From positions 61,264 through 125,263 of the IMG/VR virus record IMGVR_UViG_3300044667_000075: a stretch of 64,000 nt of DNA; one strand, written 5' to 3'. Shown here piece by piece: positions 18,740 to 27,610 of this stretch (position 1 is the stretch's first letter; every line of letters begins with the position of its first letter). This DNA is from a virus. Lineage: Duplodnaviria > Caudoviricetes. The translations under genes and the position numbers were made by a program. The notes under the pieces were generated by a model. It did no database searches and had not been told where the DNA came from. It saw only the letters and a program-made list of their open reading frames with translations.

Positions 18740-19210
18740 ATGACCACCGAGACGACAGCCGATTACGGGTCCGCCTGGCAGCAGGAGATGATCCGCAAGG
18801 CCGAGAAGGGCCTGCGGGTGGCTCAGGAGATGGCGGGGCTGCCGGCCATCCCGTCCATCGTGTGCCTGTGCGGCTCCACGCGGTTCTACGACGAGTTCCA
18901 GCGGGTGAACTACGCGCGGACCATGGCCGGGGAGATCGTGCTGTCCGTGGGCTTCTACCCGCACGCTAAAGCCGTCCATGGCCACGGCGAGGGAGTTGGC
19001 CACGACTCCGCAGAGAAGGCCGCGCTGGACGAACTCCACAAGCGGAAGATCGATCTGGCCGACAAGGTGCTCGTGGTGTCCGATGAGACCGGGTATTTCG
19101 GGGAATCGACCTGCGGCGAGATCGCGTACGCGGTCGCGCACGGCAAGCCGGTCGAGTTCGCGGTTGCCGCGTCGGAGGCGCGGGCGCGGGACATGGGGCT
19201 GATCCCGTGA
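18740..19210 (+). CDS. nucleoside 2-deoxyribosyltransferase-like fold protein
   Basis: IVCLCGSTRF...HKRKIDLADKVLVV...GYFGESTCGEIAYA. Confidence 0.7.
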   Translation: MTTETTADYGSAWQQEMIRKAEKGLRVAQEMAGLPAIPSIVCLCGSTRFYDEFQRVNYARTMAGEIVLSVGFYPHAKAVHGHGEGVGHDSAEKAALDELHKRKIDLADKVLVVSDETGYFGESTCGEIAYAVAHGKPVEFAVAASEARARDMGLIP

Positions 19211-19806
19211 GCACCGAGGCGTCGCCGGCCGGGCAGCTGGGCCCGATGACAGCAGAGCAGATCGAGACGCGCCTCCGGGAGATCGCCCCGCCTCCCGAGT
19301 GGGGCACGACGGTGACCCCGCGCGATCTTGCCCGCTACCTCGCGGTGTGCGCGGACCTGGGTTTCTGCCGGAACGTCACCCCGTTCATCCGCGACGACCA
19401 GGAAATCCCGGCGTCCCTGCTGCTCGCGGAGTTCACGGCGGCGCATGCCTTGCTGGCGCTGGCCGAGGCTGCCCCGGAGGCGGCGGCCGAGACGGTCAGG
19501 CGGATCGTGGACGCCTGGGCGGACGGCAATAGCCTGGGCGCCTACCTGTGGGCGGACCTGACCGAGCTCGGCGTGAACCCGGCCGAGGTGGAGCAGCTGG
19601 ACAGGGCGCGGCTGGCCCTGGATGGCGCCGCGCCCGCAGAGCCGTCTCCCGTGGCCGACGCTGAGAGCCTGGAGGCCGCCGCCTCGGTCCTTGAGCGCCG
19701 CTTCTCCGGCACCCGCCCCGAGGTGCTCGACAGCACCGTCAGGATGCTGCACTCCCTCGCCCGCGCGTGGCGGCGGGACGCAGGCGAGGAGGCCAGCCGT
19801 GGCTGA
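19207..19806 (+). CDS. hypothetical protein
   Basis: Coupled; GC3 bias. Confidence 0.75.
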   Translation: MSTEASPAGQLGPMTAEQIETRLREIAPPPEWGTTVTPRDLARYLAVCADLGFCRNVTPFIRDDQEIPASLLLAEFTAAHALLALAEAAPEAAAETVRRIVDAWADGNSLGAYLWADLTELGVNPAEVEQLDRARLALDGAAPAEPSPVADAESLEAAASVLERRFSGTRPEVLDSTVRMLHSLARAWRRDAGEEASRG

Positions 19807-20047
19807 GGACGCCCGGACAGTCTTGTGCCCCACCTGCTTGCATGATGGCGTACTGGAGCTCGCCCTGGCACGGGCTGAGGTGGCAGAGGCCCGCGTTCGC
19901 CACCTTGAGGGCGTCTTGGCCCACTTCGCTGCTGAGGCTCACCGCCGCAAGTGGGCCTTCGAAGGCATCCCGGAAGCGTTCGACGCCCTGGACCAGTTCG
20001 GCAACGAGATGCTCGCCGCGAGCAAGAGGGAGGCGGCCGGTGGCTGA
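19799..20047 (+). CDS. hypothetical protein
   Basis: GGAGG RBS; GTGGCTGA junction. Confidence 0.6.
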   Translation: MAEDARTVLCPTCLHDGVLELALARAEVAEARVRHLEGVLAHFAAEAHRRKWAFEGIPEAFDALDQFGNEMLAASKREAAGG

Positions 20048-20240
20048 ACGTCCCCGCTGCGGCAGGCTCATGCAGCGCTACGACTGGCCGGGCCAGGTCG
20101 AGGGAGCCGTCTGCGGCATGCCTGCCGGTCACCGGGGGTACTGCCTGTCTGAGGCGGCGTGGAGACGGAAGCTTGACGCGAACAAGCGGGGAGTGCAGGC
20201 AGCAAGGCGGGCAAGGCAGGAGGCTGGCCGTGCAGCCTGA
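20040..20240 (+). CDS. hypothetical protein
   Basis: GGAGG RBS; PRCG...VCGMPAGH resembles 16929..17162. Confidence 0.6.
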   Translation: MAERPRCGRLMQRYDWPGQVEGAVCGMPAGHRGYCLSEAAWRRKLDANKRGVQAARRARQEAGRAA

Positions 20241-20718
20241 CCGCCCCGGCCGCCTCCGCCGAGCTGGTGCCCGCTGGCGGGTCCTGGTCCACGAGAGGAC
20301 CGGTGAGCGCCGCTCCCACGACATCACCAGCGACCCTCGCTCGCCCGCCCGGCACGCAGAGACGCTGAAACGACTCGCCGCGATGCGCCCGGACCTCCCG
20401 CCACCACCCGACCTCACCAGTCACGTGGTCCTGGAAGGCGCCGAGTTCGACGAGCTGGTCGTCGGGTCGTGGATTCACCTGGAGCAGATGGACACGGGCC
20501 GTTGGTGGATGAACGTCGGCGGGGTGACGGTCAACATCACGGCGGACAGGGACGGGCGGCCCAGGGTGGTTGACGTGTACGGGCCCGGCGACTACGCCGA
20601 TCCGGTTGAGGGATGCCGGTACTCACTGACGTGGAGCGACGGCGGCGGCGGTCCTGCTGTGGTCCCGTCAGAGCGGGCAGCGACAGAGGAGGCCGGGTTA
20701 TGCGCGCCGCGCGTGTAG
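20230..20718 (+). CDS. hypothetical protein
   Basis: GGAGG RBS; FDELVVGSWIHLEQMDTGRWW. Confidence 0.7.
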   Translation: MQPDRPGRLRRAGARWRVLVHERTGERRSHDITSDPRSPARHAETLKRLAAMRPDLPPPPDLTSHVVLEGAEFDELVVGSWIHLEQMDTGRWWMNVGGVTVNITADRDGRPRVVDVYGPGDYADPVEGCRYSLTWSDGGGGPAVVPSERAATEEAGLCAPRV

Positions 20719-20878
20719 TTATGCGCTCCGGTGGGCCCGGGGCGGGGAGTGCGCATACGGGGGACGGACGGAGCGCTGGGCGGTCACCCCGTACGCCGCC
20801 TACCGGCGGGAATGACTTTAGCACGACTAGGCAAACTTTCGTCAAATCGTTCGCAATGAGCTGTCTACCTGCAATTTT

Positions 20879-20975
20879 GTCCGAACTCTCGGACTTGTCA
20901 GACACCCCCCTGACGCCTGACCGAGTCCGAGTTCTCGGACTAGCGCGACCTGGGTCTTTGTCCGAGGATTCGGAC
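20879..20975. repeat. three 16-bp palindromes GTCCGA-N4-TCGGAC
   Basis: Copies at 20879-20894, 20925-20940 and 20960-20975. Confidence 0.85.
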
Positions 20976-21395
20976 TGCGTCGTAGTAGGTGGAGCGGGGC
21001 ATCTCCAGCGCGCGGGTGATTTCCTTCATGTCCATGCCGAGCGCGAGCAGTGCGCCGATGCGGAGGGCGTTGGGCGGCAGGGACTTGTCGAGCAGCAGTT
21101 CGCGCGCCAGCTCCAGGTCCGGGCCGCGTTTTGGCCGCCGCGGCGACCACGTGTAGCACGCCACCTTGGCGGCTATCGCCCGGCCGATGAGCTCGTCTGT
21201 GCATCCGCAGTGGCAGTTCCAGACAGGACGCCCGTGCTTGACCTGAATGGACAGCGGCGCACGGTCGCTCTTGTGCTCACGGACCGGGCACCACGCCCGG
21301 ATTCCGGCTGGCTCAGACCACCCGTTCAGCGGCTTCGCCCAGTGATCAGTAATGCAGTCCTTGGCGTCGAAACCGACGATGCAGGACCAGCCCAC
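20940..21395 (-). CDS. primase-type Zn finger plus C-terminal HTH protein
   Basis: WCPVREH...PLSIQ...VWNCHCGC; MDMKEITRALEMPRSTYYDAV HTH. Confidence 0.75.
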   Translation of the reverse strand: MGWSCIVGFDAKDCITDHWAKPLNGWSEPAGIRAWCPVREHKSDRAPLSIQVKHGRPVWNCHCGCTDELIGRAIAAKVACYTWSPRRPKRGPDLELARELLLDKSLPPNALRIGALLALGMDMKEITRALEMPRSTYYDAVRILGQRPRSR

Positions 21396-21536
21396 AGGGC
21401 TAACCGCCTGACGGCATGCGAAGTCACGGCAGGGTCAGATGGCATACTCAAAGGCGCTCCTGATGAGGGAGTAGGCGGGCCGGCGTTCGGCTTGGCGGTT
21501 GGGCGCCGGTCCCGCTCTTTCTGGGTTGGTGACGCG

Positions 21537-21770
21537 CTAGGCGTCCGTGCGCTTGCCTCTCACGGCTGGCGGTATCCCCGCATCGCGCGCAAGCTGGCGA
21601 AGGTGGGCGTCACTGAACGGCGAAAGTTCCGCAACGCGCTTCGGCGGTCTGCCGGCGCGGAGCGCATCGAGCACCGCCGTGATGTGTTCGCCCTTCGCCT
21701 TCTCGACCGCCGACTGAGCGCGCCGCAAGCGCCGGGCTGTCGCATCAACGGCTTCCTCATGCTGATCCAT
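21537..21770 (-). CDS. small HTH regulator
   Basis: ALRAGRPPKRVAELSPFSDAHLRQLAR; leaderless promoter upstream. Confidence 0.75.
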   Translation of the reverse strand: MDQHEEAVDATARRLRRAQSAVEKAKGEHITAVLDALRAGRPPKRVAELSPFSDAHLRQLARDAGIPPAVRGKRTDA

Positions 21771-21777
21771 AGCGCAA

Positions 21778-21823
21778 AGAGTATCGCAATCGGCTTGCGT
21801 TGTCACGGGAACTGCGATAGCGT
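21778..21823. promoter_or_regulatory. overlapping divergent promoters
   Basis: Plus strand TTGCGT-17-TAGCGT; minus strand GTGACA-17-TACTCT 7 nt before ATG 21770; repeated (A/T)(G/C)CGCAA-type boxes. Confidence 0.65.
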
Positions 21824-21876
21824 AAGTCCAGAGCGCAATCCTTAGCGCAGATGACTTCCGTGAAACGGAGGATCCG

Positions 21877-22077
21877 ATGACCACCGCCACCACCGCCGCG
21901 CGGGCTGTGAACATCCAGACCCGCTTGTCCGTCGCAGCGGGCATAGCCTCGCGGTTCGAGATCGAGAGCGAGGTCATCGAGATCACCCTCGATGACGCTG
22001 AGAGACTGCTCGCCATCCTAGAGGCCGGGCCGTCCGACGACCCGGCCGGTTACGCCAAGCAGAACCCGGAGGGCTGA
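21877..22077 (+). CDS. hypothetical protein
   Basis: GGAGG RBS. Confidence 0.7.
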   Translation: MTTATTAARAVNIQTRLSVAAGIASRFEIESEVIEITLDDAERLLAILEAGPSDDPAGYAKQNPEG

Positions 22078-22080
22078 ACC

Positions 22081-22347
22081 ATGACCACTCCCGATCCCGT
22101 CACTGGCCCGCTCCGCGTCTTTGACCTGTTCGACCCCGGAAAGCCTGATCCGGTCCGTGAGGCTGAGGTGGCCGCGCATCACGCCGCCCACCCGGACCCG
22201 CGCAGTTACGAGGCGACGAGGGCATGGAAGGACGCCCACCCGGACGAGCGGGCACCCGTCCGGCGCCGCGGCCGGGGCCTGTTCGCTGACCTGCGTGACG
22301 CGCTCGACCCCGAGAGGGAGCGGCTGGCCCGAGAGCAGAGGGACTGA
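22081..22347 (+). CDS. hypothetical protein
   Basis: Operon packing; RBS. Confidence 0.65.
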   Translation: MTTPDPVTGPLRVFDLFDPGKPDPVREAEVAAHHAAHPDPRSYEATRAWKDAHPDERAPVRRRGRGLFADLRDALDPERERLAREQRD

Positions 22348-22350
22348 CGG

Positions 22351-22596
22351 ATGGCCCTCAAGGACACCCGCCACGGCCGGGACATCCTCCGCATCCTCGC
22401 CGATGACGACCCCGAGAGGCTCGCACGCCTGCGGGAAGCCATGGCCGCGGAGACCGGCCACACGGTCACCGAGACCGGGGACCTCAAGCCTTACGACACC
22501 TGCGGCCAGCCCGTAGACCAGGACCCGTCCGGCCGGCTGGTCACGATCGTCGGCAGGAACGCCGAGTGCTACGGAAGCAGGAGGACTGGGCCGTGA
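22351..22596 (+). CDS. hypothetical protein
   Basis: Operon packing. Confidence 0.65.
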   Translation: MALKDTRHGRDILRILADDDPERLARLREAMAAETGHTVTETGDLKPYDTCGQPVDQDPSGRLVTIVGRNAECYGSRRTGP

Positions 22597-22949
22597 CCGA
22601 GACCATCCCCGGCAGCTTGCGCCGCGCCGCGAAACTGATGCGGGAGCGCGCCGCACTGGTGCCGCCAGCGCCGTGGTTCCCGGCGGTACACGACGTGACC
22701 ACGTACGACGGCCTCGACGTGATCGCGTCGTCCGGGCTGACCGTACGCGCCCAGTACGTTGCCTCCTGGCATCCCCTCGTCGCTGCCGCGGTCGCCGACT
22801 GGCTGGACGAGGTAGCTGACGACCGTCACGCCTGCCTGGACGCCTGGGTGGAAGTTGCCGCGCTCAGGATCGCCCGCGCCTACCTCAGCGAGTCCGGGCA
22901 GGTCCCGGAGCCCGTCAGGGCCGAGGCCGAGGAGGGCACCGATGGGTAA
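22593..22949 (+). CDS. hypothetical protein
   Basis: AQYVASWHPLVAAAVADWLD motif typical of actinophage small proteins. Confidence 0.75.
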   Translation: MTETIPGSLRRAAKLMRERAALVPPAPWFPAVHDVTTYDGLDVIASSGLTVRAQYVASWHPLVAAAVADWLDEVADDRHACLDAWVEVAALRIARAYLSESGQVPEPVRAEAEEGTDG

Positions 22950-23304
22950 CGCCGCAACTGTCCGCCATGCGGCAGCCGTCCGCGCCGCCGTCCGCGCCGC
23001 GATCCGTGAGGGAGCCTTCGGTGAACTGCCCGCCGGGATCAAGATCGGCGTCCGCTCCGGCGTTGACATGATCTACGTCGAGATCGACGGCGCTCCGGAC
23101 GGCTGGTCCGCAGAAGCCGGCCCGTCCGACGGTTTCCCGTTCGGGCGGCGAGCCGGGTCGGATGAGGCGTGCGCGCTGGCCGCCAAGCTGGCCGGCGTTG
23201 CCCGCGAGCAGGCTCCCGGCTGGACTGTGCGCATCCTGCTCTGCCTCCCCGACGGCGATGTCGCCTACCTGCCCTGGCCGCGTTCAGGAAACGAGGAGAG
23301 CTGA
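22942..23304 (+). CDS. hypothetical protein
   Basis: GGAGG RBS; coupled. Confidence 0.65.
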   Translation: MGNAATVRHAAAVRAAVRAAIREGAFGELPAGIKIGVRSGVDMIYVEIDGAPDGWSAEAGPSDGFPFGRRAGSDEACALAAKLAGVAREQAPGWTVRILLCLPDGDVAYLPWPRSGNEES

Positions 23305-23306
23305 CG

Positions 23307-23570
23307 ATGCCCCCCAAGCCCAAGCCCCCGACCCCGGCGAGAGTCTCCGCCACCCTCCGCGCCCACGACTTCCGCGCCTGCCGGGACGGCCGCGACGAGG
23401 GATTCCAGGTTGAGTGGAGCCAGGGCCCCGGCTCGGCCGTCCGAGTCGGCTTCGAGGCCGTCACCACCGAGATACACGACCTGGCCATGCGGACGATGAC
23501 CACGATCCTCCAGCGCAAAGGCTGGGACGTGAGAGATGTCGGCTACCTGCTGGTGAAGGAGAAGCCATGA
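23307..23570 (+). CDS. hypothetical protein
   Basis: GAGGAG RBS. Confidence 0.7.
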   Translation: MPPKPKPPTPARVSATLRAHDFRACRDGRDEGFQVEWSQGPGSAVRVGFEAVTTEIHDLAMRTMTTILQRKGWDVRDVGYLLVKEKP

Positions 23571-23959
23571 CCGGGTTGATCGTCAACCCCGGCTCCGGTG
23601 AGATCGCCGCAGCAGGCGACCACTGGACGAACACCGAGGCCACCGCCCGAGCCGAAGCCGGGAAGTGGCTGGCGAACATGCACGCCGAAGGCATGACCGA
23701 CGTCGAGTTGCTCGACGGCTGCCGGGAGCGCGCGGGCCGCTGGCTGTTCACCTTCCGCCACAAGGTCACCGGGGTCACGGTAGAGCTCGAAACGCACGGC
23801 ATCGACAACCTGGAGGCGTACGGGCGGGACCACTTCAGCCCGCGCGTCTGGTGGAACGGGTCGAGCACCGCGGAGCCCAAGCTGGAGGACTTCGCCGCAC
23901 CCGGCTTCACCCCGCTCCGCACGTTCGTTCCTGTCGCCACAGAGGAAGACCAGCCATGA
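23567..23959 (+). CDS. hypothetical protein
   Basis: AAGGAG RBS; ATGA overlap. Confidence 0.75.
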   Translation: MTGLIVNPGSGEIAAAGDHWTNTEATARAEAGKWLANMHAEGMTDVELLDGCRERAGRWLFTFRHKVTGVTVELETHGIDNLEAYGRDHFSPRVWWNGSSTAEPKLEDFAAPGFTPLRTFVPVATEEDQP

Positions 23960-24300
23960 CCGACCACCCCGAAGCCCTCCCCCTCCGCGCCCGCACCATA
24001 GGCCAGATCTACGCCGACGCCAGCGACACCGACATCACCGTCGAGCACGTCTACCTCCCCGAAGGGGCCTTCCACTGCGATGGCTGCGGCTCCGGCCACG
24101 ACCCCGGCATGGTCGGCCTGGTGGTCGCAGGCGCCGGGGAGGGCGACCCCGCGGTGAGCGCGATGCTGACCGCCGAAGAGGCCCTCGTGCTCGCCAACAG
24201 GCTCACCCGCGCGGCCTCACTGGTGCTGGAGGCGGGGGAGCAGGTCCCGGACATCGAGCGGGAGGCCGCCCGGTTCAGCGGCCGGGAGGAGCCGGCATGA
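23956..24300 (+). CDS. hypothetical protein
   Basis: ATGA overlap. Confidence 0.7.
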   Translation: MTDHPEALPLRARTIGQIYADASDTDITVEHVYLPEGAFHCDGCGSGHDPGMVGLVVAGAGEGDPAVSAMLTAEEALVLANRLTRAASLVLEAGEQVPDIEREAARFSGREEPA

Positions 24301-24596
24301 GCAGCGACTACTACGGCGGCATCGCCGGCGAGGAAGCCGACCGGGGGGCAGCACGCCGCCCCGCCGTATCCGGCCGTGCCGCCCGCGACCGTGCCGCCAA
24401 GGCCGGCTGCCGGCCGGGTGTCGCCCAGGTCCGCCTGGTCGGCCCGCCCGAGGTGATCGACGCCGCTAACGCCCTGCTGGCCGACCTGTGCGGCGACGCC
24501 TGGCAGCCATCCACCCGCAAGGCAGGCCGCCACGAGGGCGGCGACCACCTGCAGTACGGAACCCTGATCGTCCCGATACCCCGGAGCGAACCATGA
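24297..24596 (+). CDS. hypothetical protein
   Basis: ATGA overlap; GGAGG RBS. Confidence 0.7.
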   Translation: MSSDYYGGIAGEEADRGAARRPAVSGRAARDRAAKAGCRPGVAQVRLVGPPEVIDAANALLADLCGDAWQPSTRKAGRHEGGDHLQYGTLIVPIPRSEP

Positions 24597-24775
24597 GCAA
24601 TGACGCCGGCCCCATCTGCGGGGTTCAGTGGCCGAACCTGGGGCCAGCAGGAGGCCTGTGGACCTGCACGCTCGACGCGGGCCACGACGGCGACCACGAG
24701 GCGCACGGCCCGGCCGGCCTGTGCGCTGACCGCAGCGCCGTCATCCCGCAGGGGCACGAGGAGATCCTGCCGTGA
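24593..24775 (+). CDS. hypothetical protein
   Basis: CTLDAGHDGDH His/Cys motif. Confidence 0.6.
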   Translation: MSNDAGPICGVQWPNLGPAGGLWTCTLDAGHDGDHEAHGPAGLCADRSAVIPQGHEEILP

Positions 24776-25026
24776 CGACGACCGACACCGGTTTCTGCCG
24801 GGCGATGACCGGCACCGGCACCCTCGTAACCGTGTACGCCCACGGCCGGGCCGCGCTGAGGATCATGCGGAAAGGCGACGAGACTCTGATCTGCACCCAG
24901 GACCAGGGCCACGACCGGAGTCACGCGGCCTGCGACGGCCAGGGCCACATCCTGGCCCGGTGGCCGCAGTCGGCTGTCGAACGCTACTGGCAGCCCGGCG
25001 ACTGCAAGGAGCACGACCATGAGTGA
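24772..25026 (+). CDS. hypothetical protein
   Basis: CTQDQGHDRSH motif; GTGA overlap. Confidence 0.6.
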   Translation: MTTTDTGFCRAMTGTGTLVTVYAHGRAALRIMRKGDETLICTQDQGHDRSHAACDGQGHILARWPQSAVERYWQPGDCKEHDHE

Positions 25027-25294
25027 CACAGAGGCGAAGGCGATTCTTGCCGCCCTGAACCGTGTCCGGCGCGAGCGCGAGGAGCAGCCTCCGGCTGACA
25101 CCCCGCCCGAGACCACCGAGCTTCCGAGGCTTCACGTCGGCCAGCAGTGCCCCGACTGCCTGCACCCGTGGTGGGCACACGAGACCCGCGCGCCATCTGG
25201 GCCGCTGGCGTCATGGCAGGTCCCGCTCCGGTGCTGCATCGGCCAGGAGTGCCGCTGCACGCGCCTCGGCCCGGCATCCGGAGGTGCCCGGTGA
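25019..25294 (+). CDS. hypothetical Cys-rich protein
   Basis: AAGGAG RBS; CPDC. Confidence 0.6.
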   Translation: MSDTEAKAILAALNRVRREREEQPPADTPPETTELPRLHVGQQCPDCLHPWWAHETRAPSGPLASWQVPLRCCIGQECRCTRLGPASGGAR

Positions 25295-25437
25295 TGACAG
25301 CGCCCGAGACGCCCCAATCGCTTGATGATCTCGTGGATCGATGGCACGAAGGCGACGGCGAAGGCGTGGAACTGCACGAGTATCTCGGCATGAGCTGGGA
25401 CGAGTACTGCAAATGGGTCGGGAGCGCCCATGGCTGA
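25291..25437 (+). CDS. hypothetical protein
   Basis: VDRWHEG...LHEYLGMSWDEYCKW motif seen in small phage proteins. Confidence 0.7.
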   Translation: MMTAPETPQSLDDLVDRWHEGDGEGVELHEYLGMSWDEYCKWVGSAHG

Positions 25438-25873
25438 CACCCCGCCCGAGACCACCGACCCGCTGGCACTCCTGGAGGAGATGGCCGCCCGCGCAGGGAT
25501 CTTCGCCAGGTTCGGGCCTCCGCGCCACGCCCAGGGTTTCGGCAGCGAGATCTACAACGCCGCGATCTCCTCAGCCGAGGACGTTCCGGCCCTCCTCGCT
25601 GCCCTCCGGGCGGTACTGGAATTGCACGTTCGCAGCGACAAGCCGGTCAGGACGCACAATCTCTGCCGCGACCACTCGGCCCTCCATCACCACTCTGGCC
25701 GTTTCCCTCGTGAGGTCATCGAGATCTGCCCGGAGTGCGTCGCTACCGAGAAGTACGTGTGTGCGCACTGCCACCACGAGTGCCCCGACGACGACCAGTG
25801 GCCCTGCCCGACCGTCCAGGCCATCACCCGCGAGCTCGGGAAGGGAGCTGGCGATGCGACAGTGGAACGCTAA
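25430..25873 (+). CDS. hypothetical Cys-rich protein
   Basis: ALRAVLELH...CAHC...WPCPTVQAI. Confidence 0.75.
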   Translation: MADTPPETTDPLALLEEMAARAGIFARFGPPRHAQGFGSEIYNAAISSAEDVPALLAALRAVLELHVRSDKPVRTHNLCRDHSALHHHSGRFPREVIEICPECVATEKYVCAHCHHECPDDDQWPCPTVQAITRELGKGAGDATVER

Positions 25874-26096
25874 CCAGTTGGCCGCCGCCCTGAAGGCCGT
25901 ACGAGAGTACGGCGGTACCGCACGCTCGCTGAGCGATCACATCCTCACCAGCAAGGGGGAGCCTGTGACGCCCAATCGCGCTATGGGGCTGCTGCGGGAA
26001 CTGGAGCGGCGGGGATCGGTGCGCCGGTGGAAGCGGCCGGGGACCAGGGCGTGGCTGTGGACGGTGGCCGGGGAAGGGGCTGGCGATGACAGGTGA
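25854..26096 (+). CDS. winged-helix-like small protein
   Basis: TARSLSDHI...AMGLLRELERRGSVRR. Confidence 0.6.
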   Translation: MRQWNANQLAAALKAVREYGGTARSLSDHILTSKGEPVTPNRAMGLLRELERRGSVRRWKRPGTRAWLWTVAGEGAGDDR

Positions 26097-26256
26097 CCTC
26101 ATCTCCTCTACCGCCGCCATGATCGTGGCCGTCTGTATCGCCTTCGCCGGAGGCTGGTCCCTCCGGCGGCTGCGTGACCAGCACCGGGCAGACGTCCGGC
26201 GCGACCAGGAATGGGACGCTGGGCACGGGATCACCAGGAGGGGCGATGACCGGTAG
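26086..26256 (+). CDS. small membrane protein
   Basis: AAMIVAVCIAFAGGW TM segment. Confidence 0.5.
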   Translation: MTGDLISSTAAMIVAVCIAFAGGWSLRRLRDQHRADVRRDQEWDAGHGITRRGDDR

Positions 26257-26611
26257 CTACGACCCGCTCCACGACATAGCCCTGCTCCTCGCCGCCGTAA
26301 CCCAGACCGCAGGCTCCCAGGTACGCGTCGCCACGGACCCGCTGATGCGGATCTCCTCCCGGCTCGGCTTCACCCACAAGACCGACCCGTCCGAGATCGA
26401 GGACGCCCTCCGCGGGACCATCGAACGCCGGGTACGCCGCGAGACGGCACGGGAAGTCCTGGAACTGGCCGAAGCCGAGCGGAAACTGTCGATCGCCGGG
26501 GCGCCGAACAAGGGCCCCTGGGGTGACGCGGTGACAAGCCTCCGCAGGCTCGCACGAGGGGAACCGCTTCCGAGACCGGAGGAACTGAGGGGAGGGGTGG
26601 CCGGTGAATGA
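26246..26611 (+). CDS. hypothetical protein
   Basis: AGGAGG RBS. Confidence 0.7.
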   Translation: MTGSYDPLHDIALLLAAVTQTAGSQVRVATDPLMRISSRLGFTHKTDPSEIEDALRGTIERRVRRETAREVLELAEAERKLSIAGAPNKGPWGDAVTSLRRLARGEPLPRPEELRGGVAGE

Positions 26612-26828
26612 GCCGAGATCCTGGCAGCCGGGCGACCGGGTGATCGTGCGCCTGCCGGACAGGTCTGCGCCCTATGGGCGCCGGGTTGATGTTCACGGGA
26701 CAGTGCGTGCTGTCGATGAGCCCGACCTGCCGCCCGGTGTCCGCGTCGACCTGGACCGCGAGGTCAACGGCGTCCGGGACTGCTACGCAACGCACGGCGA
26801 GCTCCGGCCGGAGGTGCCCGGTGCCTGA
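26604..26828 (+). CDS. SH3/KOW-like small beta protein
   Basis: WQPGDRVIV...GTVRAV...VRVDLD. Confidence 0.65.
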   Translation: MNEPRSWQPGDRVIVRLPDRSAPYGRRVDVHGTVRAVDEPDLPPGVRVDLDREVNGVRDCYATHGELRPEVPGA

Positions 26829-27081
26829 CGTGCCGGAGGCCGCCGTAGAGCCCGCCACCCAAGCCCTGCTCGCAGATTTCCCCGACGACCCGGAGTTCGC
26901 CCGGCATCTCGCCAGGACGGCACTGGAAGCCGCCGCCCCCGTCCTGGCTGAAGCATGGGGAGTGACCGAACGCGAGCAGATGCAGGAACTGATCCGGCAG
27001 AACAACCAGAACCTGCTCGCCGCGGCGTCCGAGTATTACCGGCTGGCCTACCCGGAGACAGCGACGAAGGAGAAGCCGTGA
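26821..27081 (+). CDS. hypothetical protein
   Basis: GGAGG RBS; ARTALEAAAP. Confidence 0.65.
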   Translation: MPDVPEAAVEPATQALLADFPDDPEFARHLARTALEAAAPVLAEAWGVTEREQMQELIRQNNQNLLAAASEYYRLAYPETATKEKP

Positions 27082-27302
27082 GCGAACCCGACCTGACCGC
27101 TGAACTGGACGCCGCCGAGGACATAGTGATGGGCCGCGTTGACGCCGTGGTGACCGAGTGGGGAGTCCGCTACGAGAACCACGACCTTCCCTACGGCACC
27201 AGCCACCTGTCCGAGCAGATGGCCCGCCGTGACGCCCGCACCGATCAGGCGGTAGTCATCCGCCGCACGGTGACCTACAGCCCGTGGGAGGAAACCGAGT
27301 GA
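27078..27302 (+). CDS. hypothetical protein
   Basis: AAGGAG RBS; TEWGVRY...RRTVTYSPW. Confidence 0.7.
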   Translation: MSEPDLTAELDAAEDIVMGRVDAVVTEWGVRYENHDLPYGTSHLSEQMARRDARTDQAVVIRRTVTYSPWEETE

Positions 27303-27610
27303 GCACCGACCGCCCGCGCTACCGGTACAAGTTCGGGCATCCCGTCCCGCTCTGCGAGACCTGCGGGGCGGATGTGTACCCGGAGCGAGAGTGCCCGCGC
27401 TGCCAGTTCCCCCGGTTCACGATGCTCGGCGGCATGCGGATGCTCGCCCGCGGGCTGCTGCTCCACCAGGGCTATGACCCGGACGCCTATCCCGATCTCG
27501 TCGCTGAGCTTGAGGACACGATCGGCGAGGAACTGCTGGACATCGGCAGGGAGACGCTTGCCGAACACCACATGGCGATACTTGGCCCGCTGGAGGTGTC
27601 TGATGCCTGA
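27299..27610 (+). CDS. hypothetical protein
   Basis: CETC and CPRC motifs. Confidence 0.65.
   Translation: MSTDRPRYRYKFGHPVPLCETCGADVYPERECPRCQFPRFTMLGGMRMLARGLLLHQGYDPDAYPDLVAELEDTIGEELLDIGRETLAEHHMAILGPLEVSDA

Noticed and set aside
20613-21845. 410-aa plus-strand ORF
   Set aside because: Antisense to two motif-bearing minus-strand genes and has no recognisable domain.
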